A stretch of DNA of 64,000 nt, taken from Chloroflexota bacterium (GTDB taxonomy: Bacteria > Chloroflexota > Anaerolineae > UBA1429). This document shows, in pieces, positions 38,601 to 45,474 of this stretch. Location: contig JAYENT010000026.1 in the NCBI GenBank assembly GCA_034722245.1, forward strand, positions 461-64,460, in the 5' to 3' direction. The notes beneath the pieces were generated by a model that did no database searches, was not told where the DNA came from, and saw only the letters and a program-made list of their open reading frames with translations. Position 1 is the stretch's first letter. Each line of letters opens with the position of its first letter. The translations under genes were made by a program, and so were the position numbers.

Positions 38601-38759
38601 GCCTTCGACAGCCAGGGTGAGCTCTTGCGTGTGTGGGGCCAGAAGGGCGGGGCTCTCTCTTCCATGAACCTACCCACGGGTGTTGCTGTGGACCCGTCGG
38701 GCCGCCTGTTGATCAGCGACTCGGAGAACGGTCGCCTGCTGGTCTTTGAGGAGCACTGA
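35679..38759 (+). CDS. Fusion protein: N-terminal GT-C-like polytopic membrane domain (about 730 aa) plus C-terminal six-bladed NHL-repeat beta-propeller
   Basis: N-terminus ...YSHDESIHAWESWKLITGQGYSHDPTYHGPFLYHFTAFIF... with many TM segments; C-terminus has six repeats such as NVYVADTHNHRIQVFD, DIYIADTWNHRIQVFD, NLYVTDTGNKRVIKYD, DLYVADTWNQRIQVFD, NVYATDPEGYRVLAFD, RLLISDSENGRLLVFE (NHL consensus). Confidence 0.7.
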   Translation: MSEKKEIAFLDRPIIGDRIAWWKVIYALLILFVVFTRLWALAPRGYSHDESIHAWESWKLITGQGYSHDPTYHGPFLYHFTAFIFGLFGHNDYTARLSPALFGIALAVLPLLLKKWLGKKGVPAATFLIAISPVMMHRSRFLRHDVYVAVFNLLLFISSLRYLDQRKTKDLYLVAAATSLGFCAKETTFITYFIFGTFWALLFLSQWLRERTRPWRELPVFDLIIVMGTLILPLASPFLIRVLGGDPLDYTQQGILFSGAIFLVVLGISAAIGFWWDWRRWLVCAGIFYGIFVPLFTTMFTNGRGFATGTVGQLGYWLSQQGVRRGDQPPYYYLVLMPMYEFLPLLGAIGGGIYFFSKRSQDEEAVEDAPTGIPFVPMLLYWSVLAFVIYSWAGEKMPWLTMHLALPLQLLAGWAIGRLFDADWGELREKGALWLLLLIPLFIYVILRLLNLNPSAGTTRQELSETMAWLTSLLVGLGLVVAISRILYRLSGGQRWRIGLVSLFIILSMLTVRFAWMASFVNADLPTEFLVYAQGTPDVALVAKEIEEMSRRLTGGLHMKVAYDDDSSWPFVWYLRKFDNAQFYGQEPAGPFDAEVVLVGPPNESAVKPLLGNDYYRRQYRLIWWPNQDWYMSPELKSIRQGMKEKRIAGKLSDLLLYLKTMLKKIWRVVRDKSARQNLWDVFFYREYEASLTSWPHVHKFALYVRRDVAQQLWDYGPEVLTAAEPLPGDEYVEKWEQIMATDAFGSSGSGPGQLNRPKGIGVDEDGNVYVADTHNHRIQVFDGDGQFLRQWGAEGNQSGQFKEPWGVTVGPEGDIYIADTWNHRIQVFDVRGQLKRVWGTFGEVKDPMGSGDLLYGPRDLVVDAEGNLYVTDTGNKRVIKYDAEGNMIKAVGGAGSEEGQMQEPVGLALSPEGDLYVADTWNQRIQVFDKDLDFLRSWPVYAWEGMSVLNKPYLAVDAEGNVYATDPEGYRVLAFDSQGELLRVWGQKGGALSSMNLPTGVAVDPSGRLLISDSENGRLLVFEEH

Positions 38760-38772
38760 CGGGGAAGAAGCC

Positions 38773-39426
38773 ATGATGCTGAACGTCGACGTGTTTCTCT
38801 TCGATTTCGATGGCACCCTGATCGAGCCCACTATCGATTTTGATTTGATGCACCGGAAGGTGCTCAAGATAGTGCGCGATTTTGGTGTGGCAGATCGTTC
38901 GCTGAGGCAGTTGCATACCCTGGAGACCGTAGAGACGGTCGAGGCGCGGTTGCGGGACGACCATGGTGCGCGCGAAGAATTTCTGAAACGGGTACATGCT
39001 TCTATCCTCGATCTGGAACTGGAGGCAGCGGAACATGCCCATGCCTATCCGGGCGTCCCCGAGATGCTGGACGAACTGGCCACCAGGGGATTTGGGGTAG
39101 GCATCGTGACGCGCAACTCTCGTGCTGCCGTGATGCGCATCCTGCGGCGATTCCCGCTCCACTATGACGTGCTCCTCACCCGGGATGACGTGGCCCATGT
39201 CAAGCCGGACCCTCGTCACCTATTGAGGGCTTTGGAACACTTTTCTGAGGGGCGACGGCGCGCCGCCATGTGCGGGGACCATCCCATGGATGTGGTCGTG
39301 GGCAAGCGTATCGGCGCCCTGACAGTGGGCGTTCTACAGCCCGGCATGTCGGAGGAGCGCTTTGCAGGAGTGGACCCCGATCTCGTGGTCTCGCACCCGC
39401 CAGAGTTGTTGGAGTATGTGGGTTGA
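38773..39426 (+). CDS. HAD-superfamily hydrolase (phosphatase)
   Basis: DVFLFDFDGTLIEP motif I (DxDG); GVGIVTRNSR...; K...GDHPMDVVVGKRIG motifs III/IV; ATG 38773 is 14 nt after the upstream stop. Confidence 0.75.
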   Translation: MMLNVDVFLFDFDGTLIEPTIDFDLMHRKVLKIVRDFGVADRSLRQLHTLETVETVEARLRDDHGAREEFLKRVHASILDLELEAAEHAHAYPGVPEMLDELATRGFGVGIVTRNSRAAVMRILRRFPLHYDVLLTRDDVAHVKPDPRHLLRALEHFSEGRRRAAMCGDHPMDVVVGKRIGALTVGVLQPGMSEERFAGVDPDLVVSHPPELLEYVG

Positions 39427-39581
39427 TTGGAACTGCCAGCCTGCCGTCGGAAATATCCTGACGGAGCCTTTACAAAGAGTCATAGTAGAGGGGGCCACGG
39501 AATGAGCGGCAGCGATCAACGTGCGGGCATCGGCTGCTCGATTGGAATAGGGATCAAAAGTACGGTAGGTCAGGGGGATCC

Positions 39582-40211
39582 TTGTCATCCATATCGCAAG
39601 AGGGAGAGGCTTCGGGTAGGGTAACCAATCCACACCCCGATCGCGTGGAGGTGGTTTCAACCGAACGCGCCTTCGACGGTTTTTTCAGGATCGACCGTGT
39701 GCGGTTCCGCCACGCTAGGTACGACGGCGGCATGAGTGACGAGATTACCCGTTTGGTCTTTGAGCGGGGCGATTCCGTCGCCGTGCTGCCCTACAACCGC
39801 AAGCGAAGTGAAGTTGTTCTCGTCAAGCAGTTTCGCTATCCCGCGCACGTACGGGGCGGTCCGGGCTGGCTGTGGGAGATCATCGCTGGCGTGCAGGAGG
39901 AGGGGCTGGCCCCGAAAGAGGTGGCGCGCAAGGAAGCCCTAGAGGAGGCGGGATACCAACTTGGCGATCTGGAAAAGATAATGACCGTCTATCCCAGTCC
40001 TGGGGCTTGCTCCGAACGCATACACATCTATCTGGCGCCCTTTGAGCAAACAGATCGTGTGGCGGAGGGCGGCGGCATTGAATCGGAGGATATCCTTGTG
40101 CGCACCTTCTCATTGGATGAGGCGCGCCGCATGATGGAGGACGGCGATATTGTGGATGCCAAGACGACGCTTGCTCTGCAATACTTGATCCTCCATTGGG
40201 ATGACGAGTAA
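39582..40211 (+). CDS. nudF: ADP-ribose/ADP-sugar pyrophosphatase (NudF-like Nudix hydrolase)
   Basis: FDGFFRIDRVRFRHARYDGGMSDEITRLVFERGDSVAVLPYN...EIIAGVQEEGLAPKEVARKEALEEAGY aligns along its length with E. coli ADP-ribose pyrophosphatase including the Nudix box; exact start uncertain. Confidence 0.75.
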   Translation: MSSISQEGEASGRVTNPHPDRVEVVSTERAFDGFFRIDRVRFRHARYDGGMSDEITRLVFERGDSVAVLPYNRKRSEVVLVKQFRYPAHVRGGPGWLWEIIAGVQEEGLAPKEVARKEALEEAGYQLGDLEKIMTVYPSPGACSERIHIYLAPFEQTDRVAEGGGIESEDILVRTFSLDEARRMMEDGDIVDAKTTLALQYLILHWDDE

Positions 40212-40275
40212 TGCAGGTTGATGCTGTCTTTGTGGGAGGGCTTGCTGTATCCGCATCAGGCCGTGATAGATTGAG

Positions 40276-41655
40276 GTGGTGGTGCGCAAAGCGCTTTTGA
40301 AACGTTGGCTTGATCAAGTACCTTTTTGGGATGCCACGGTCGGCATATTATCCGCTGCTGCACTGCGGACCTATGTGGTAGGTGGCTCCGTGCGCGATGC
40401 GCTTTTGGAGCGTCCTGGCCATGATGTCGACATCGCGGTGGCAGGGGAGGCGATGGCCCTGGCTCGGCGCGTCGCCGATGCTCTTGGCGGAGCGTACGTG
40501 CCCCTGGATGCTGAGCACGATGTGGCCCGCGTGGTGATTTTTGCGAGAGGCGATCAGTATCATCTGGACTTTGCGGGGCTTCGCGCGGAGGATATAGAGG
40601 GCGATCTTTGGGCGCGGGACTATACCATCAACGCCATGGCCGTGGCCGTCGATGATGGTCTGGGGGAATTCTACGATCCCACGGGAGGCGAAAGCGATCT
40701 GGCCTCCGGCCTGCTTCGGATTACCCAGGACAGAGCCTTTGCGGATGACCCCGTGCGTATACTGCGGGGTTTGCGACTGCGGGGCATTTTGGGGTTCTCC
40801 TTGACCCCAGAGACGGAGAGACTCGCCCGGCATTGGCTCTTTGCCCTGGCGAGAGTCTCTGCAGAGCGTATCCGAGACGAGGTCTTGCAGATTCTAGATC
40901 TCCCTTGCGCTGTACCTTCTTTGCGCTATGGAGCAGAGTTGGGTCTGTTTCGCGTCGTGCTGCCGGAGCTTGGACCGTATCTGGAGCGCGCGCTGGAAAC
41001 CTTGGCTGCTCTGGAACGATCCTTTTCCGGAGAAGAGGAGAATGATGATGTGGGGCACTTTAGACCATTTTGCAACGACTTGAGGAGCCACTGGGCGGAG
41101 AAACTGGCCGGGGGGCGCAGCCGCTGGACGGTCCTGAAACTGGCTGCGATGCTGAGCATCATCCCCGAGGCCGAGGATGTGGGGGCACGCGTTGCAAAGG
41201 GCCTGAGGCTGAGCACCAAAGAGGTGCATTTTGTTGGGAACGTGATCAGGGGCAGTCTTTGTGGGGATGTCTGGAAGCCAAGAGGTCGAGTGGATGCACT
41301 GACGGCGCACCGCTTCTTCCGTGAATTGGGGGCGGCCGGCGTCGACGCGGCCGTTACGGCTGCTGCTGGTCGCCTCGCCGCCGATGGCGTGCACGCGAGG
41401 GATCTGTCCCTTGAAGAGACCATTGCCAGGGGGAGGGGATTGCTGGATGCCTGGTTCAAAAGGCGTGCCGAGATTGTGGAGCCCCAGCCTCTGCTTTCTG
41501 GGCACGACGTAATTCGTATTTTGGATGTGGATCCAGGGCCCATTGTGGGGCGTGCCTTGAGACGATTGACCGAGGCCCAGGTCGAGGGGCGCGTGGAAAC
41601 AAAAGCAGAGGGTGTGGCGTATCTTCGTCAAGTCTTCGGGGCGGAGAGTGCGTAA
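40276..41655 (+). CDS. cca: CCA-adding enzyme / poly(A) polymerase-family tRNA nucleotidyltransferase (class II)
   Basis: YVVGGSVRDALLERPGHDVDIAV head-domain motif (GGxVRD...DxD), RDYTINAMAV, and ILRGLRL flag motif. Confidence 0.75.
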   Translation: MVVRKALLKRWLDQVPFWDATVGILSAAALRTYVVGGSVRDALLERPGHDVDIAVAGEAMALARRVADALGGAYVPLDAEHDVARVVIFARGDQYHLDFAGLRAEDIEGDLWARDYTINAMAVAVDDGLGEFYDPTGGESDLASGLLRITQDRAFADDPVRILRGLRLRGILGFSLTPETERLARHWLFALARVSAERIRDEVLQILDLPCAVPSLRYGAELGLFRVVLPELGPYLERALETLAALERSFSGEEENDDVGHFRPFCNDLRSHWAEKLAGGRSRWTVLKLAAMLSIIPEAEDVGARVAKGLRLSTKEVHFVGNVIRGSLCGDVWKPRGRVDALTAHRFFRELGAAGVDAAVTAAAGRLAADGVHARDLSLEETIARGRGLLDAWFKRRAEIVEPQPLLSGHDVIRILDVDPGPIVGRALRRLTEAQVEGRVETKAEGVAYLRQVFGAESA

Positions 41656-41664
41656 CAGGCGAAG

Positions 41665-41701
41665 GCCGGAGGCAACATTGGTGCATCTACTCCGGCTTTT
41701 T
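41665..41701 (+). terminator. Rho-independent terminator after cca
   Basis: GCCGGAG(41665-41671)...CTCCGGC(41690-41696) followed by TTTTT 41697-41701; 10 nt after the cca stop. Confidence 0.4.
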
Positions 41702-41759
41702 GTCTTTGCGTTGTTGTGATAGAATGCTTCTGGTTGGCTAGACAGGGGAAGCACAGACG

Positions 41760-42461
41760 TTGGAGATCCAATTCGGAGCGGCCAAGGTTGCCAAGTATGC
41801 CACGCATGAGAGTGGGGATACCCTCGAGTTCATCGAGCGTCCCCATGGGGGACTGTCGGCCGTGTTGGTCGACGGACAGCGGAGCGGTCGCTCTGCCAAG
41901 ATCATCAGCAACATTGTGGCACGGAAGGCCATCTCCCTCCTGGGCGAGGGTGTGAGGGATGGCGCGGCGGCGCGGGCTGCCCACGATTACCTTCTCACGC
42001 ACCGCGCCGGCCGAGTGTCGGCCGAGCTGCAGATCGTGTCCGTGGATCTTCGGAGTGAGTCGGTGGTGATCTCGCGAAACACTCGCTGCCCCGCTCTCAT
42101 CATGCATGAGGGGCGATTTCGTCGCTTTGACGCCGATAGCCGAGCCATTGGTATACACGTGGATACAAAGCCCGTGATCATCGAGTTGCCTTTGCGGCCC
42201 GACACCGTCGTGGCGGCCTTTACGGACGGGTTGAGTTGCATTGAGGAGGCGTGCCCCGATTGTGGAGATTTGGAGGAAATGGTAACGTACGCCGCCCGGG
42301 AGCATCTCTCCGCCCAGGCGCTTGCCGATATGCTTCTTTCCAGGGCGTTGGAGATCGAAGAAGGCCGGCCAACGGATGACATCAGCGTTTTGGCCATGGT
42401 GGCGCTTTCTCATGTGGTTCCCTACGGAGTGCGGCGCCTTTCGGCCAGTTTCCCCGTTTAG
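41760..42461 (+). CDS. PP2C/SpoIIE-family protein serine/threonine phosphatase (catalytic domain only)
   Basis: THESGDTLEFIERPHGG...LVDGQRSG metal-binding motifs; C-terminal TDGLSCIEE and DDISVLAMV motifs of PPM/SpoIIE/RsbU phosphatases. Confidence 0.7.
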   Translation: MEIQFGAAKVAKYATHESGDTLEFIERPHGGLSAVLVDGQRSGRSAKIISNIVARKAISLLGEGVRDGAAARAAHDYLLTHRAGRVSAELQIVSVDLRSESVVISRNTRCPALIMHEGRFRRFDADSRAIGIHVDTKPVIIELPLRPDTVVAAFTDGLSCIEEACPDCGDLEEMVTYAAREHLSAQALADMLLSRALEIEEGRPTDDISVLAMVALSHVVPYGVRRLSASFPV

Positions 42462-42523
42462 GTTCGTTTTTGGGATAGGGGCTTTTTGGTCGTTTACAAT
42501 CGAGTGCTGCCTGGAGGTGGCCT

Positions 42524-42925
42524 ATGACGGCATATTCAGGGGATGGTAAATCTCTTCCCGATTCCATCGAGGGGAGGATAGCCGTTGTCGGCGTGTGTGC
42601 CTCGGGCAAGACCGTGCTGGTGGAAAAGTTACGTGCCCTCGGATACGATGCCCACGCCTGTGCTCAGGAGCATTCCTATGTCCCCCCTATGTGGCGCCTT
42701 CTGGTTCGCCCTCAAATCCTTGTTTATCTGGAAGCCTCTTTGGAAACCGTACGGCAGCGGGGACGTGTATATTTCGATGCGGCCTATTTGCAGGAGCAAC
42801 ATCGCCGGCTGCGACATGCGCGTATGCATTGCGACATCTATGTGAATACGGACAACCTTGACGAGGATGGCGTGTTGCGCGTGGTTGCCAGCGCTTTGGA
42901 GGGCAGATTCCACCTGGTGGCATAA
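42524..42925 (+). CDS. Small P-loop NTPase/kinase-like protein (hypothetical)
   Basis: RIAVVGVCASGKTVLVEKL Walker A; about 130 aa; no further family assignment possible by eye. Confidence 0.45.
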   Translation: MTAYSGDGKSLPDSIEGRIAVVGVCASGKTVLVEKLRALGYDAHACAQEHSYVPPMWRLLVRPQILVYLEASLETVRQRGRVYFDAAYLQEQHRRLRHARMHCDIYVNTDNLDEDGVLRVVASALEGRFHLVA

Positions 42926-42953
42926 TTTACCAGATTCACCTCCTTAGACAGCC

Positions 42954-42982
42954 TTGACGCCTTTCAGGGGCGGCGATATAAT
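42954..42982 (+). promoter_or_regulatory. Near-consensus sigma70 promoter upstream of secDF (-35 TTGACG, 17 nt, -10 TATAAT)
   Basis: TTGACG 42954-42959; TATAAT 42977-42982; implies an mRNA leader of about 107 nt before the secD start at 43097. Confidence 0.45.
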
Positions 42983-43096
42983 GGGGGCTCGTGTGTGGCG
43001 TTGGGAAGCGTAGTGCGGCATCATCATCCATATGGGTGTAGCATCTGCAAGGGTGCTTATTTTCACTGTTTTATCGCATAAGAGGAGAACTGCCGG

Positions 43097-44455
43097 ATGC
43101 GGCAAAGGGATATACGCTTGCTCGTTTTGATCGTGATACTTGCTGCTTTTGCCGCTTGGGTGGCATGGCCGGGGAATCCAGGCATTCATCTTCGCTTGGG
43201 GAGTGCTAGATTCGATCGCGATCTGGATATGCGACTGGGCTTGGATCTACAGGGAGGGATGCGCGTTCTCCTGGAGGCCAATATGCCCGCTGATCAGACC
43301 GTTGATGCAAAGGCCATGGAAGCGGCTCGTAATATCGTGGAAAACCGCGTGAACGCTCTGGGTGTTACAGAGCCCGTCGTGCAGTCCGTTGGGAGCCGTC
43401 GCATCCAGGTGGACCTTCCCGGGATAAAAGATCCGGAAGCGGCTATCGAGACTTTGAAGGAAACCGGATTGATGGAGTGGATCGACACGGAGACAGAGTA
43501 CGTGCCCCCAGGCACCGTGGTGCAAACCGACTTTGGCGAGTCGGTAGAGGCGAGTGAGGAGGTTTCTCCCACGGAGAAGGTCTATCATACCGTCCTCACG
43601 GGGCGGCGGCTGCAGACGGCGCGGGTGGAGTTCGACCGCAATGGGCTGCCCGTTATCGCCTTCGAACTGGACAGCGAAGGCGCCCAGATCTTTGCCCAGC
43701 ATACGGCGAATAACATCGGCAAGTTTGTGGCCATCGTCCTGGATAAGAAGGTTATCTCCTGTCCCCGCATTCAGTCGGCGATTCCCGAGGGACGGGGCCA
43801 GATTACGGGACAGTTTAGCGTAGAAGAGGCCAAGTCCATGGTGCTACAGCTTCGATACGGTGCGCTGCCCGTTCCCCTTGAGGTGGTGGATACCCGCACG
43901 GTGGGCCCCACGCTGGGCGAGGATTCGGTTACAAAGAGCGTGCGCGCCGGGGCCATCGGTCTGGTCGTCGTGCTGCTGTTCATGCTCGTTTACTATCGTC
44001 TGCCCGGCTTTCTGGCCGACCTAGCCCTGATCATTTACGCTCTGTTGACGCTGACCATATTCAAGCTCGTGCCTGTCACGCTCACGCTGCCTGGTATCGC
44101 GGGTTTCCTGCTTTCTGTGGGTATGGCCGTTGATGCCAACATCCTGATATTCGAGCGCATGCGTGAGGAGATACGCCTGGGGCGTACCTTGCAGCGCGCC
44201 ATACAGTCTGGCTTTCGCCGTGCCTGGACGTCGATCTTGGACTCCAACGTTTCCACGTGGATCACGTGTTTGATCCTGTGGCTTTTTGGCAATAGTTTTG
44301 GCGCGAGCATGGTCAAGGGGTTCGCCGTCACGCTGGCCATCGGTGTGTTCGTGAGCATGTTCACCGCCGTAGTTGCCACACGGACGTTCATCCACGCCGC
44401 TTTCGCCGTGACGGGCGAGCGTTTGCAGGAAGAAGAATGGCTTTTGGGCATTTAG
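43097..44455 (+). CDS. secD: Protein translocase subunit SecD
   Basis: N-terminal TM, periplasmic domain, C-terminal 5-TM block LTLPGIAGFLLSVGMAVDANILIFERMREE characteristic of SecD. Confidence 0.9.
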   Translation: MRQRDIRLLVLIVILAAFAAWVAWPGNPGIHLRLGSARFDRDLDMRLGLDLQGGMRVLLEANMPADQTVDAKAMEAARNIVENRVNALGVTEPVVQSVGSRRIQVDLPGIKDPEAAIETLKETGLMEWIDTETEYVPPGTVVQTDFGESVEASEEVSPTEKVYHTVLTGRRLQTARVEFDRNGLPVIAFELDSEGAQIFAQHTANNIGKFVAIVLDKKVISCPRIQSAIPEGRGQITGQFSVEEAKSMVLQLRYGALPVPLEVVDTRTVGPTLGEDSVTKSVRAGAIGLVVVLLFMLVYYRLPGFLADLALIIYALLTLTIFKLVPVTLTLPGIAGFLLSVGMAVDANILIFERMREEIRLGRTLQRAIQSGFRRAWTSILDSNVSTWITCLILWLFGNSFGASMVKGFAVTLAIGVFVSMFTAVVATRTFIHAAFAVTGERLQEEEWLLGI

Positions 44456-44483
44456 GAAGGCGATAAAGTAATAAGGGGGACAT

Positions 44484-45422
44484 ATGTTCAGTCTTGTGCA
44501 GAAGCGGCGTTGGTACTTTTCCCTGTCTGCTTTTTTCATCGCCCTCGGTGTCGTGGCCATGGTTTACTCCGCCATCTCCTTCGGCTCGCCGCTGCGTCTA
44601 AGTATCGATTTTACCAGCGGTTCCTTGCTGGAACTGCATTTTCCGGACCCCGTATCGTTGGGAAAGGTGCGCGAAATTATCGCGGAGAACGGTTTTGCCG
44701 ACGCGACGGTACAGACCGTGGGAGACAAACGGACCGTGAGCATTCGTACGGAGCCCATGGATATCAATACAAAGAAGGCATTGCAAAACCGGCTTGAGGA
44801 AACGTTGGGTAAGCCCACTGAGCTTCGCTTCGAGAGTGTGGGGCCTACCATTGGCCGCGAGACCACCCGGGCCGCCGTCCTGGCCATTCTGGCCGCCTCG
44901 GTGGCCATTCTTTTCTTCATCACCATCGCCTTTAGAAAGGTGCCCAACGCCTTTCGCTATGGCGTGTGCGCCATCGCCAAGATGTTCCACGATGTGCTCA
45001 TCCTCCTGGGGGTGGCTAGCGTTCTGGGGTTGGCCATCGGGTGGGAGGTGGATTCGCTATTTCTCACGGCCATGGTCACCGTGGTGGGCTTTTCCGTGCA
45101 GGACGTCATCGTCGTCTTTGACCGCATCAGGGAGAACATTCGCCGTAGGCGCGGGGAACCTTTTGAGACCATCGTCAATCGGAGCCTCTTGGAGACCCTC
45201 CACCGCTCTTTGGCCACGCAGCTAAATGCCATTTTCATCATGGTCGCCATCATCCTTTTTGGTGGTATCACCATCCGCCAGTTCATGGTGGTGATGCTGA
45301 TCGGCATGGTGACGGGAACCTACTCCTCCTTGTTCTTTGCAGTACCTCTCCTCGTGGCCTGGGAAGAGGGGGAGATCGGCGCCCTTTTTGGTCGCTCGGG
45401 CGGGGAGCGGGCGGCGGCATAG
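44484..45422 (+). CDS. secF: Protein translocase subunit SecF
   Basis: GPTIGRETTRAAVLAILAASVAILFFITIAFR...VVFDRIRENIRRRRGEPFETIVNRSLLETLHRS typical of SecF; follows secD. Confidence 0.9.
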   Translation: MFSLVQKRRWYFSLSAFFIALGVVAMVYSAISFGSPLRLSIDFTSGSLLELHFPDPVSLGKVREIIAENGFADATVQTVGDKRTVSIRTEPMDINTKKALQNRLEETLGKPTELRFESVGPTIGRETTRAAVLAILAASVAILFFITIAFRKVPNAFRYGVCAIAKMFHDVLILLGVASVLGLAIGWEVDSLFLTAMVTVVGFSVQDVIVVFDRIRENIRRRRGEPFETIVNRSLLETLHRSLATQLNAIFIMVAIILFGGITIRQFMVVMLIGMVTGTYSSLFFAVPLLVAWEEGEIGALFGRSGGERAAA

Positions 45423-45474
45423 ATCCCTTTAACATCTATTTCGGCTTTTGACATCCGTGTAGTGGAGGCTGGCT

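Noticed and set aside
44598-45307. ORFs antisense and alternative-frame within secF (44564-44947, 44598-44990, 44794-45225, 44957-45307)
   Set aside because: secF reading frame is unambiguous by conservation; the others are GC-rich frame artefacts.
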